NCBI GenBank assembly: GCA_963829055.1
Contig: CAWHHI010000017.1
Span: forward strand, 160,001 to 224,000
Direction: 5' to 3'
Length of the DNA: 64,000 bases
Origin: an uncultured Gemmatimonadaceae bacterium
GTDB taxonomy: Bacteria > Gemmatimonadota > Gemmatimonadetes > Gemmatimonadales > Gemmatimonadaceae
Positions 41,140-51,166 of this stretch are shown here, in pieces (position 1 is the first letter of the stretch; every line of letters starts with the position of its first letter). The notes below the pieces were generated by a model. That model was not told the origin of the DNA. It saw only the letters and a program-made list of their open reading frames with translations, and did not search any database. The translations under genes and the position numbers were made by a program.

Positions 41140-42579
41140 ATGACGACTGGCTCGCCGTCCCCGCTCGATCTCGATCACGCCACCATGCAGCGGCTCGGTC
41201 GCCAGGTCGCCGATACCGTTGCTGAGCATCTCGCGTCATTTCGCGAGCAACGAGTGCTCACCAATGGACTGCCTCCAAAAACGCGGCAGCGCCTCAGTGT
41301 CGCGCCGTCGGAGGACCCCGCCTCCTTCGACGACCTGCTCCGCGAGCTACGTGACGACATCTTTCCGTACTCCGCGCGCGAGCCTCACCCGGGCTTCATG
41401 GCGTACGTACCGGGCTGCCCGACCTTCCCCGCGGTCCTCGGCGACTGGCTCGCGACCGGGTACAACTTCTTCGCCGGCGTGTGGCCTGTGGCCGAGGGGC
41501 CTAACGCGGTGGAGCTTGCCGTGTTGGAGTGGTTCCGGCAGTGGACGGGAATGCCGGCGGGGACCGGCGGTCTGCTGACGAATGGCGGGTCGGGCGCGAC
41601 GCTCACCGCTATCATCGCCGCGCGCCACGCCGCGGTCGGCGACGATGCGAGTCGTCTCCCACGCCTCGCACTCTACGCGTCCGACCAGGCGCACTCGGCC
41701 GCCCTGCGAGCGGCGTGGATCGCGGGCGTCCCGCGATCGCAGGTCCGGGTGCTGGAGACCGGCTCGGACTATCGAGTGCGTCCCGACGACGTTCGGCGCG
41801 CGATAGCCGCCGATCGCGCAGCGGGCCTGATTCCGCTCGCCGTCGTCGTGAGTGCGGGCACCACGAACACGGGCGCCGTCGATCCGCTCGACGAGATCGC
41901 CGACCTGTGCGCGGCGGAGAACACGTGGCTCCACGCCGATGCAGCGTACGGCGGCTTCGCGGTGCTCACGGAACGCGGGGCGCGCATGCTCGCGGGGCTC
42001 GGTCGGTGCGACTCGGTCGCGCTGGACCCACACAAGTGGTTGTTCGTGCCGTTCGAGTGTGGCTCGCTGCTCGTTCGCGAGCCGGAGCGACTGCGCGCGG
42101 CGTTTCAGGTGCTGCCGGATTACCTCCGCGACGTCGCGGCTGGCCAGGACGGTGTGAACTTCGCCGACTACGGCGAGCAGCTCACGCGCCAGTCGCGCGC
42201 TCTCAAGGTGTGGATCGGCGTCAGGTACTTCGGCCTCGCGGCGATCCGCGGCGAGATCGATCGCGCGATGGACCTCGCCGTCTACGCCGAGGAGCTCGTG
42301 CGGGCGGAGCCTTTGCTCGAGGTACGGTCGTCGGCGCAGCTGGGCGTTCTCTGCTTCCGCGTGCATCCGGACGGTGTCGATGACGAAGCGGCGCTCGACG
42401 CGCTCAACGAGCGCGTGAACGCCGCGATCGGCGCAGACGGGCGGTACCTCATCTCCTCCACCCGTCTGCACGGCTCCTTCACGCTGCGGATGTGCATCCT
42501 CGGTTTTCGGACTACAAAGGCGGACGTCGAGGGGCTGATGCGGACGGTCGTCGAATGCGCCGCACGCGTCCGCGCCTAA
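41140..42579 (+). CDS. Group II PLP-dependent decarboxylase (aromatic amino acid decarboxylase-like)
   Basis: HPGFMAY, GTTNTGAVD, WLHADAAYGG, DPHKWL. Confidence 0.92.
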   Translation: MTTGSPSPLDLDHATMQRLGRQVADTVAEHLASFREQRVLTNGLPPKTRQRLSVAPSEDPASFDDLLRELRDDIFPYSAREPHPGFMAYVPGCPTFPAVLGDWLATGYNFFAGVWPVAEGPNAVELAVLEWFRQWTGMPAGTGGLLTNGGSGATLTAIIAARHAAVGDDASRLPRLALYASDQAHSAALRAAWIAGVPRSQVRVLETGSDYRVRPDDVRRAIAADRAAGLIPLAVVVSAGTTNTGAVDPLDEIADLCAAENTWLHADAAYGGFAVLTERGARMLAGLGRCDSVALDPHKWLFVPFECGSLLVREPERLRAAFQVLPDYLRDVAAGQDGVNFADYGEQLTRQSRALKVWIGVRYFGLAAIRGEIDRAMDLAVYAEELVRAEPLLEVRSSAQLGVLCFRVHPDGVDDEAALDALNERVNAAIGADGRYLISSTRLHGSFTLRMCILGFRTTKADVEGLMRTVVECAARVRA

Positions 42580-42597
42580 CGCCTCAGCGCCAACAGC

Positions 42598-42879
42598 TCA
42601 CGGCGTGAACACCTCGCCGCACCGATTGCACATGAACGACCGTTCCCAGCGTTGATACAGCTCGGGGAATTTCAGCGCGTTGTAGGCCTTCGCCTGCAGC
42701 GCAAAGCGGACGGACATCGCCGTGATGCCGATGGTGATCACTGTGCCGAAGCCCGGATGGGCCAACCCCGCCAGCGAGAAGAACCCGAACATCGCCGCCG
42801 AGATCGACCACAGGATGGTGTGCTTTTTGGCCGGCGGCGATGCCTGCGTCGACAGTGCGGAGACCTGGCCATCGACCAT
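42598..42879 (-). CDS. Small membrane protein with C-terminal CxxC, possibly 5' truncated
   Basis: Two TM segments followed by WERSFMCNRCGEVF. Confidence 0.55.
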   Translation of the reverse strand: MVDGQVSALSTQASPPAKKHTILWSISAAMFGFFSLAGLAHPGFGTVITIGITAMSVRFALQAKAYNALKFPELYQRWERSFMCNRCGEVFTP

Positions 42880-43046
42880 GATTCGTTAGGCAGGACGGCG
42901 GATGCAGCGAGGGTGAGAGCGGATAGCGCCGCGATGATAGGGGATGCAAGCCCGGGTGTGTCTGGCATCTCGACGTACACCCTCGGTCAGCAGTACCGAG
43001 GGGTCAGTCGTCGGTCATCAGTTTTCAGTCGGAGTCTGTCAGTCGG

Positions 43047-43189
43047 TGTCATTCCGAGCGAGCGGTAGCCGGATGCCCGCACAGGCGGGCGCAGTCGAGG
43101 AATCGCGCTCTCTCGGTCGAGAGCCCCTCTACCGCGTATGATCGCGGATTCCTCGACTCCGGCCCTGTCGGGCCTCCGCTCGGAATGAC
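43047..43189. repeat. REP-like family A element
   Basis: TGTCATTCCGAGCG..GTCGAGGAATC / GATTCCTCGAC..CGCTCGGAATGAC. Confidence 0.85.
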
Positions 43190-43298
43190 CCAAGCCGGCG
43201 GATACGGGGCCTGATGCCTGACACCTGCTGCTGAGCAGTCGCTGACGCACTTGGTACTGGCCAGGCCGCCGCCGAATGGCGTAGCGGTTCCAGACCGC

Positions 43299-44702
43299 CT
43301 AACGCCGGCCGTGCTCGACACGAACCGTCAACCACGTCACGACCGCGCCCAGAGCACAGAGGGCCGCACAGATCCACATGGCTCGCGCGAACCCCTGCGT
43401 CAGTCGGAGCCCGGACAGGCGCTCGAGCCCACCCATCCCCGCCGCCGCCGGCAACGCCGCCGCGGACAGCAGCCCCGCCAACCGCGACGCGGCGTTGTTC
43501 ACGCCTGACGCGACGCCCGCATCGCCCTCCGGCGCCGCGGCGAGTACCGCCGCCGTGAGCGGCGCCACGAGCGCCGAGAGGCCAAGGCCGAACACGATGG
43601 CCGCTGGCAGCACGCCGCTCACGTAGCTCACGCCCGGGGCCACGCGAGAGAACAGCAGCATCCCCGCACCAGCGACCAGCGCGCCCGCCGCCATCGGCAC
43701 GCGCGCGCCGGTCCGATGCGCCACGCGCCCCGCCAGCGGCGATAGCGTCAGCATGAGCACGTTCACCGGCAGTAACGACGCCCCACTCTGGAGCGCCGAG
43801 TAGCCGAGGTTTCCCTGCAGTTGCAGCACGAGCAGCAGGATCACACCGCTCAGCGCCGCGTAGATGAGCACCGTCGCGATGTTGGCGCCGCTGAACGCTC
43901 GCGAATGGAACAGCGACGGTGGCAAGAGCGGCGACACCGTGCGATGCTCGACGATCGCGAACACGACGAGCAGCACCGTCCCCGCCGCGAGCAGTCCGAG
44001 AATGATCGGCTGCGTGAATCCGACGCGCGGGCCGTCAATGAGCCCGGCGGTCAGCGCGCCGAGTCCGGTGATGATCAGCGCCGCGCCGGCGTAGTCGATC
44101 GACTGCTCTTTCCCGCGCGCGTCGCCGCGACTCGTGTCCACGCCGCCTAACGCCAACCAGGCCGCCACGAGCGCCACCGGCGCGATGCACGCGAACACCC
44201 ATCGCCACGACGCCGCATCCACCAGCGACCCGCCAATCAACGGCCCGAGTGCCGTCGATACGGCCGACCAGCCAGCCCATCGACCGATCGCGGTGCTGCG
44301 CTCCTCCTCACTGAACGACGCTTCGAGCATGGCGAGGCTGTTAGGCACCAGCATCGCGCCGGCCGATCCCTGCACGAAGCGCAGCGCCAGCAACGACAGC
44401 GAGCTTGGCGCGAGCGAGCACCCTACGGTCGCAACGGCAAACGCCACTGCTCCAACGACGAACAGCTTCCGACGCCCGTACCGGTCACCGAGCGCACCGC
44501 CGAGCAGGGTGAGGGCGCCAAGCGCGAGGAGATACGCGTTGATCACCCACTGGACGCCCTCGAGTCCGAGGCCGAGGTCGCGCGCGATGGCCGGCAACGC
44601 GACGTTGACCACTGTCCCTTCGAGAAATACCGCTCCGGACCCGACGATCGACGCAGCGAGTGTGCGCCGACCGCCCGAAGACCCGAGCGCGAGCGCACTC
44701 AC
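43299..44702 (-). CDS. MFS efflux transporter, DHA2 (EmrB/QacA-like)
   Basis: TVVNVALPAI, QWVINAY, GALGDRYGRR, GPLIGG..WRWVF. Confidence 0.92.
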   Translation of the reverse strand: MSALALGSSGGRRTLAASIVGSGAVFLEGTVVNVALPAIARDLGLGLEGVQWVINAYLLALGALTLLGGALGDRYGRRKLFVVGAVAFAVATVGCSLAPSSLSLLALRFVQGSAGAMLVPNSLAMLEASFSEEERSTAIGRWAGWSAVSTALGPLIGGSLVDAASWRWVFACIAPVALVAAWLALGGVDTSRGDARGKEQSIDYAGAALIITGLGALTAGLIDGPRVGFTQPIILGLLAAGTVLLVVFAIVEHRTVSPLLPPSLFHSRAFSGANIATVLIYAALSGVILLLVLQLQGNLGYSALQSGASLLPVNVLMLTLSPLAGRVAHRTGARVPMAAGALVAGAGMLLFSRVAPGVSYVSGVLPAAIVFGLGLSALVAPLTAAVLAAAPEGDAGVASGVNNAASRLAGLLSAAALPAAAGMGGLERLSGLRLTQGFARAMWICAALCALGAVVTWLTVRVEHGRR

Positions 44703-44720
44703 AGCGCACTCACAGTGCGC

Positions 44721-45032
44721 TCACGCTCGCTTTCGCTGCTCCAGCCCCTTCACGTAAGGCGGATCGACGAGCTCCAGCAGCTCCGGGTGCAGGCCAAGCC
44801 ACTTGCGCACGAACGGACACGTCGGAACCACCCGAAATCCACGCTCTCGCGCGTAGTCGAACGCCGCTTTCGCCAGCGCCTCGGCCACACCGTGGCCGCG
44901 CTCGTCCGGCGGGACATACGTGTGCTGAACGTCGATGAGCTTGGGGCCGACTCGCAGATACGTCAGCTCCGCTTCCTCACCGTCCACTGAAACGCTGAAG
45001 CGGCCAGCCTTCTCGTCGTGTTCGACTTTCAT
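44721..45032 (-). CDS. Minimal GNAT acetyltransferase (YjdJ-like)
   Basis: HTYVPPDERGHGVA, VVPTCPFV. Confidence 0.9.
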   Translation of the reverse strand: MKVEHDEKAGRFSVSVDGEEAELTYLRVGPKLIDVQHTYVPPDERGHGVAEALAKAAFDYARERGFRVVPTCPFVRKWLGLHPELLELVDPPYVKGLEQRKRA

Positions 45033-46084
45033 TCATCTCTCCGGGGCATCGGGCAATCGACGACATACATCGGGGACTCGCGTCCCTCGGCTGTCATTAA
45101 CAATGCCGCGCCGCGACCAAACCACGTGATACCCTCACCGCCCCATTCTCCGGTGGTCATCGTGTTGCACACCGCGGGAGGAATGCCGTTGATGACGCGA
45201 CCGGTGAGCGGATCCGTGACGAACACAAACACCTGCGCGTACGTGCGGACCGCGAGGTAGCGAGCGTCGGGTGAGAGCGCCGCATCGGTGATTATGCGGA
45301 GTGGAGCCGAGCCGGGAACGATCGGCAGGCTGTCCACGATCTGCGCGATCGCCGGCACGCCGGGGCGCCATGCCTCCGCCGGGAGGCGGAACACCAGCGC
45401 CGGCCGCATCCGGCCGGCCGCGTCCGTCAATCGGCGCTTGGTGATGAGATAGATGTCGGCGTTAGGCGCGACGTACATCGCCTCGACGTCGTGCGGCCCA
45501 TCGGCGTATGAATAGATGAGCGACTGCGCGGTCACGTCGCCGGTGAACCCGGCCTGTGCTGCCTTCGGCTCGGCGACGCGGTAGATGACCCGCGACGGTC
45601 GCTTCGCGTCGTTGTCGCCGGTGTCGCCGATGAAGACACATTCGCCCGAAGCAGGGCGGCTCGTGTCTGCAACCGCTGCCGCTGTCGGTGGCGCGCATGG
45701 ACCCACGGACGCCGACTCCCAGTCCACGTTGGACGCGCCGCCGACGCGCCACACGCCGCGGTCCCTGCCGGTCGTGTCCAATGCGAACAACCACGGATCG
45801 TTGCCGGAGTCGTTGATCGTGAACCACACGCCCGGCTGGGTGTGGCTCAGTGCGGCAGCGGAATTCTCCACCAACTCCGGCCGGGCCTCGAGCGGAACAG
45901 CGGCGAAGCTGGCCGGCGGGACGCCCATCGAATCGGTCTTGATGTAAGGGGCGCGCGCCGCTCGACGCGTGACCGGCCCATCAGGCCCGCTACACGCCGA
46001 TGCAATGAACACCACAGCGGCGGCGAGAGCCACCACAGCGGTGGCCCGACGCCCGGCTCGGACGACGACGTGCGACCGGCTCAC
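45029..46084 (-). CDS. Hypothetical lipoprotein, probable beta-propeller
   Basis: Lipobox ASAC; WFTINDSGN, NVDWE, FIGDTGDN, DVEAM, GEGITW. Confidence 0.75.
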   Translation of the reverse strand: MSRSHVVVRAGRRATAVVALAAAVVFIASACSGPDGPVTRRAARAPYIKTDSMGVPPASFAAVPLEARPELVENSAAALSHTQPGVWFTINDSGNDPWLFALDTTGRDRGVWRVGGASNVDWESASVGPCAPPTAAAVADTSRPASGECVFIGDTGDNDAKRPSRVIYRVAEPKAAQAGFTGDVTAQSLIYSYADGPHDVEAMYVAPNADIYLITKRRLTDAAGRMRPALVFRLPAEAWRPGVPAIAQIVDSLPIVPGSAPLRIITDAALSPDARYLAVRTYAQVFVFVTDPLTGRVINGIPPAVCNTMTTGEWGGEGITWFGRGAALLMTAEGRESPMYVVDCPMPRRDE

Positions 46085-46386
46085 TCCGGCCCGAGCCGGC
46101 GACGATCCTCGTTAGGCTCGGACGCTGTGATGGCGGACTGGTCGGGAAAGACCTCGAGCTTGGGGTCGAGCCCGCTCATGGACGCTGGCCCGCGAAGGGG
46201 GGCAGGACGCTGGCCGCGAACGGCGCGATACGCGAGGATCCCGGCCCCGAGCACGCCGCCAGCGACGGCCAGGCTCGCGAGCAAAGCGAGGCCTACCAGC
46301 AGCAGCGCCGCCCCCGCCCCAAGGACGACGAGCGTGGCGAGCAGTGCCACCAGCCGGTTCTTTGTGCTGAACGTGTAGACTGCCAT
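46081..46386 (-). CDS. Small membrane protein
   Basis: Long hydrophobic hairpin; 4-nt overlap with the next gene. Confidence 0.65.
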   Translation of the reverse strand: MAVYTFSTKNRLVALLATLVVLGAGAALLLVGLALLASLAVAGGVLGAGILAYRAVRGQRPAPLRGPASMSGLDPKLEVFPDQSAITASEPNEDRRRLGPE

Positions 46387-46416
46387 GCCGCGAAAACTAC
46401 TCGGCGTCCGTCCCTT

Positions 46417-47199
46417 TCATCTGGATCGAGAGCCCGCCACGGCTGCCACGGTAACCGACGCCGCCGCGTCCTGTAGCGTCCGCGCAAGCGCCGGCGGGAT
46501 CCGGATTACGACCCCGGAGTGCGTACGCAACGCTGCCGGCAGACCCACGGGCGTGCGGTCGAAGATGCGCGCGTACATCACGAGCGCGGCGAGGTAGGAG
46601 CCGGCGACCGACGCGTGCAGGCCATCGGAGTACAGCTGGATCGACGGGTCGAGCTTCCACGCCGCGAGCCACGCTCGAGCCACCGGAAACACCACGCCGC
46701 TCACGTCCGCGGCGGCGAGCTCGTACGACTCGATCGATCCCGCGAAGTCATTCGGGCGATCGACCGGCGGCCACGTCTGATACAGCGCCGGCTTGGCGCC
46801 GATCTTCGCGATCCCGACGCCGAAGTTCCGCGTCGCCAGGCGGAGCGTATCGCGGTAGATCCCGGCCGGCGTCCACCCCTGCTGCATCACGACCCACGCC
46901 CAGCCGCCCTGCGCGATGGTGTTCTGCGCGACGCCCTCGGTCCAATGATCGATCAGCGCGTAGTTGGGCAGTGCTCGGCTCGCGACGGCGAGCTTGTCGC
47001 CGCCGGCCGAATCGGCGAGCGCCTGCAGGATCCCGGGCACGTCGTTCACGTACGTGAGGCTGTTTCCGATGAACAGCACGCGCGTGCCCTCGCCCAGCGA
47101 CTGCGGACCCGCGGGCGAGCCGCCGAGGCACGCCGACAGCAGTGCTACGACGATGACGCCGCCAACTAGCCGGAATCGCGCGGACCTGTTTGCCCTCAC
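46417..47199 (-). CDS. SGNH-hydrolase-fold lipoprotein, paralog of 1850-2620
   Basis: GAGGAGG RBS, lipobox LSAC, VLFIGNSLTYVND, DGLHAS. Confidence 0.8.
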   Translation of the reverse strand: MRANRSARFRLVGGVIVVALLSACLGGSPAGPQSLGEGTRVLFIGNSLTYVNDVPGILQALADSAGGDKLAVASRALPNYALIDHWTEGVAQNTIAQGGWAWVVMQQGWTPAGIYRDTLRLATRNFGVGIAKIGAKPALYQTWPPVDRPNDFAGSIESYELAAADVSGVVFPVARAWLAAWKLDPSIQLYSDGLHASVAGSYLAALVMYARIFDRTPVGLPAALRTHSGVVIRIPPALARTLQDAAASVTVAAVAGSRSR

Positions 47200-47360
47200 G
47201 TGCCCCTCCTCTCGCACAGTGGACCGCGACAGGGTGGATCCCAGTGGCGGGAGCGACAACGCGGGGGTGACAAGGCGTTCCGGACGCGGGCAGGCCGATG
47301 CGTGCCGGTGGACCACTACGCGGGTCGATCGTATACTGCCGACGTCTTTTGCTGCATGGA

Positions 47361-49485
47361 GTGCATCTGCGGCTGTTGTCGGTGCGGGATCGCAAGCTTG
47401 CCATCGGGCTTGTAGCCGCGCTCGTTCTCATCGCCTTGGTCAGCCTTCGCGGCGCTGACCTGTGGCGGCGCCGGGGGCAGATCCTTCGCGCCGGCGATCA
47501 TCGCGCCGAGAATCTCGCACTGATCCTCGCGGGCTACCTGCGAGAGACGTTCGGGGCTGCTGACGCGGCGCTGCGCCAGGTGGCGTTGCAGAGCCGACGT
47601 GTCGGAGGCCCGGGTTCGGCGGACGCGGAATTGCTTGCCGTGCTCCAGGCCGCACGCGTAGGGCTCACCGGAGTCGGCTCGATCTCGCTCGTCGATGCGG
47701 GTGGCATCATCCGGCATGCGACGCAACCAGCGATCGTCGGTCAGTCCCGGCGCGATCAGTTCGTCTTCACGCAGCTCTCGTCAGATACGGTCGACCGTCT
47801 GGTCGTGGACCTGCCGTTCAAGATCGTCGTCCCCAACCGAGCGACGATCATCCCGCTTGGCCGACGCCTGACGACGCGGACGGGCGCATTCGATGGCATC
47901 GTCATCGCGTCGATGTTTCCCGACTCGCTCCGCGCGTTTTTCCGCAACGTCGATGTCGGGCGCGAAGGCAGCGTCTCGGTGCTCCACGATGGCGGCTCGG
48001 TGCTCATTCGCGAACCGTCTGATCGGGAATCCCATTGGCGAGCAGGCCACCGGAAGTCCGCTGTTCGAGACCGCCAAACGCATTGGCGGAAACGGTCTCT
48101 ATCGTGGGCGCATGGAGGCTGATGCGCCGATTCTTCGAACCGCATTCCGCGCGCTGGCCGACCAGCATCTGATTGTCGCGGTCTCACTGAGCGAGCACGA
48201 GCTGCTGGCCGAATGGACTCGAGATGCGGTGACATTGGTGTCCGTTGGGTTATTCGTCACGTTCGCGGTGGCGGCGTTTCTGCTTCTGCTCTACCGGCAG
48301 ATGGACATCCGCGACTCGGCCGAGCAGGCGCTGATTCGCGCGCAGCGGCTGGAGTCACTCGGCCAACTCACGGGCGGTGTCGCGCACGACTTCAACAACC
48401 TGCTCACCGTCGTGCTGGGCAATGTTTCGCTGCTCAAGGCGTTGGCTGGTCAGGACATGACGGCGCAGGACGAATCGCTCGCGGAGATCGAGCGTGCTGG
48501 CCGGCGCGCCGCCGATCTCACCAAGCAACTGCTGGCGTTTGCGCGCCGGCAGCCGCTCATGCCGCGGGTGGTGGACCTGGCAGTGTCGGTCGCGGGCGCC
48601 GAACCGATGCTTCGACGCGTGCTCGGCGATCGCGTGGCGCTGAAGGTCGTGCCTGCCGCGACCCAGTGCCTCGCCAACGCTGATCCGGTGCAGATCGAGA
48701 CCGCGCTGCTCAACCTGTGTGTCAACGCGCGCGACGCGATGCCAGGCGGTGGGACCGTGATCATCGAGGTGGGCAAGGCGACGCTGGACGAGAACTATGC
48801 GCGGAGCGTCGGCGACGCTGCACCCGGGCGGTACTCGCTCATTGCGGTCAACGATTCGGGCAGCGGCATTGCGCCCGAGCACCTCCCGCGCGTGTTCGAG
48901 CCCTTCTTCACGACGAAGCGGCCCGGCCAGGGAACCGGCCTCGGTCTGAGCATGGTGTACGGCTTCGTGAAGCAGTCTGGCGGACACCTGAAGGTGTACA
49001 GCGAGCCCGGTCGGGGGACGTCGGTCAAGATGTATTTCCCGGAGGCCACGGGTACCCCGGCTGTCGCGACGCCCCAGCCTGACGAGGAGCCGCGTGGCTA
49101 CGGGGAGGTCGTGCTGCTCGTGGAGGACGAGCCGGGGGTGCGCTCGCTCGCCGTGCGTATCCTCCGGCGGCTCGGCTACACGGTGCTCGAGGCAGCGGAT
49201 GGGGCGTCGGCCCTCGCGCTGGCGCAGACGAATACGCGGATCGATCTGTTGCTGACGGACGTCATGCTTCCGGGCGAGCTGACGGGCCCGCGCATCGCGG
49301 AGACGCTCCTGAAGCAGCGGCCGGACTTGCCGGTCGTGTTCGCGTCGGGGTACTCTCGGGAGATGATCGACCTGGGGGCGCGCACCGGGACGGCGTTGCG
49401 CTTTCTGCCGAAGCCGTACGATCGGCGGTCGCTGGCCGTGGCCGTGCGGGATGCGCTGCAGAATCGGCCGGCGCGTTCTCGTTAG
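47361..49485 (+). CDS. Hybrid sensor histidine kinase with periplasmic Cache-like domain, frameshift near 48030
   Basis: GGVAHDFNNLL, NARDAM, DSGSGI, FEPFFTTK, GTGLGL; receiver LLVEDE..LLLTDV..FLPKP; start approximate. Confidence 0.88.
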
Positions 49486-49679
49486 GCGCGAGAGGTGGAA
49501 TGATGCGGCCCGCTTGCGCCCTGGTGGTATGTGAAAGGCTTGTACCCCGTGCTATCTATCTACCGGACTATCTGCGTAGCGACCGGAGCGGGCACCGTCA
49601 CCGCCATGGTCGAAACAGATCACATCACTCGTCGCGGCCGCCCTGCGGCGACGATCACCGGACTGACGGAGGACATCGC

Positions 49680-50420
49680 ATGAACGCAGGATTTGTCAGC
49701 TCTGCACACGCATCTGCACACTCATCGGCACACCGGTCGAACCGGGTGCCTGCTCGTTTCGCTCGCGTGGCGCTCATTGCCGCGGTCACGATCGCGGCCG
49801 CCTGCGGCGGGGACGATGGAAGTACCGACCCATCGACCCCGCTCGCGATCAGTCGGGTCACTCCCGACAGCCAGTCGACGCCCGCGGGCGTGAAGATGGC
49901 GCAGCCGCTCGTCGTGCTGGTGACCGGTGGCGGGAGCGCGCCGCTCGCGAATACGCCGGTGGAATGGACGATCGGGGCAGGCGGCGGTACCCTGTCCGCG
50001 ACGGTGGGGCAGACGGACGCGCAGGGGCACGCGCAGACGACCTACACGCCTGGCTCGGCGCTCGGGGTCGCGCGCGTCACGGCTCAAGCGGGCTCGCTGC
50101 CCGGCCTGACGTTCACCATCACGCTCACGGCTGGTGCCCCGAAGGCGGTACAGAAGTTCGGGTCCGACAGCCCGGCTGCGATCGCGGGCTCGAAGCTGTC
50201 GTTCAGCGTGAAGGTCGTCGACGAATTCGGGAACGCGATCACGGGCAGCGTCGTGAACTGGAGCGCGCCGACGGGAACGGTGGGTGCGGCAACGAGCACG
50301 ACGGACGCGGGCGGCGTGGCGACGGTGCAGTACACGCTGGGCGCGGATCGCGGGACGTACACGCTGACGGCCACGGTTGCCGGGCTGCCACCACTGACAT
50401 TCTCGATTATTGCCATCTAG
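49680..50420 (+). CDS. Big_1 (Ig-like) tandem-domain lipoprotein
   Basis: GGAGGA RBS, lipobox AAAC, TDAQGHA / TDAGGVA repeats. Confidence 0.82.
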   Translation: MNAGFVSSAHASAHSSAHRSNRVPARFARVALIAAVTIAAACGGDDGSTDPSTPLAISRVTPDSQSTPAGVKMAQPLVVLVTGGGSAPLANTPVEWTIGAGGGTLSATVGQTDAQGHAQTTYTPGSALGVARVTAQAGSLPGLTFTITLTAGAPKAVQKFGSDSPAAIAGSKLSFSVKVVDEFGNAITGSVVNWSAPTGTVGAATSTTDAGGVATVQYTLGADRGTYTLTATVAGLPPLTFSIIAI

Positions 50421-50611
50421 CGTCGTGCTGCGTGCTGCGTGCATGGCGCACGGTGCTGCTTGTACGTCGCATTGGCCACTCGCTTTGTGCTGCTAACAGC
50501 GGCGGCATGCTGCGTGGAGCCGCATGCCGCATGCAGCCGCTGGTCGCAGCACGCGGCGAGCCGCCCGAGCGACGATACAAGCAGCAAGCTGCAGTGGACG
50601 CAGCCCGTAGC

Positions 50612-51150
50612 ATGGAGCAGAGCGACGCCGTAAGGCTGATCGGTGCGGCGGTACCCGCAGGTGCGGCGACGTGGGCTGACCTCGGCGCCGGATCCGGAAC
50701 GTTCACGCTGGCGCTCGCGTCGTTGCTCGGGCCAGGCGGTATCGTGTACGCGGTGGACCGAGACACGGATGCTCTGCGCAAGCTCGTGCGGCCCGGGCAT
50801 CGAACGCAGCGATCGAGCGCAGATCCAGCACCGTAGTCGCCGACTTCCGGGAGCCGCTCCAACTCCCGACGCTCGACGGCGTGCTGATCGCGAACGCCCT
50901 TCACTACGTGCCGTACGCCGACCAGGCCCGCGTCCTCCGGCAGATCGCGGCGCTGGTCACGCCAGCGGGCCCGCTCGTGGTCGTGGAGTACGAGCGGCGC
51001 AACGCGAATCCGTGGGTCCCCTACCCTATCCCAATCGCCACGCTGGCGGAGGTTGCGCGCGACGCCGGACTCGGGGCACCAACGCCGCTCGCCAGCCGGC
51101 CGTCCCGTTACAGCGGAGCCATCTACTCCGCCGTCGTCAGGCGCGACTGA
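50612..51150 (+). CDS. Class I SAM-dependent methyltransferase, frameshift near 50810
   Basis: WADLGAGSGTF, VYAVD, then ADF..LDGVLIANALHY in another frame. Confidence 0.82.
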
Positions 51151-51166
51151 GCTTGCCGCCGGGGCT

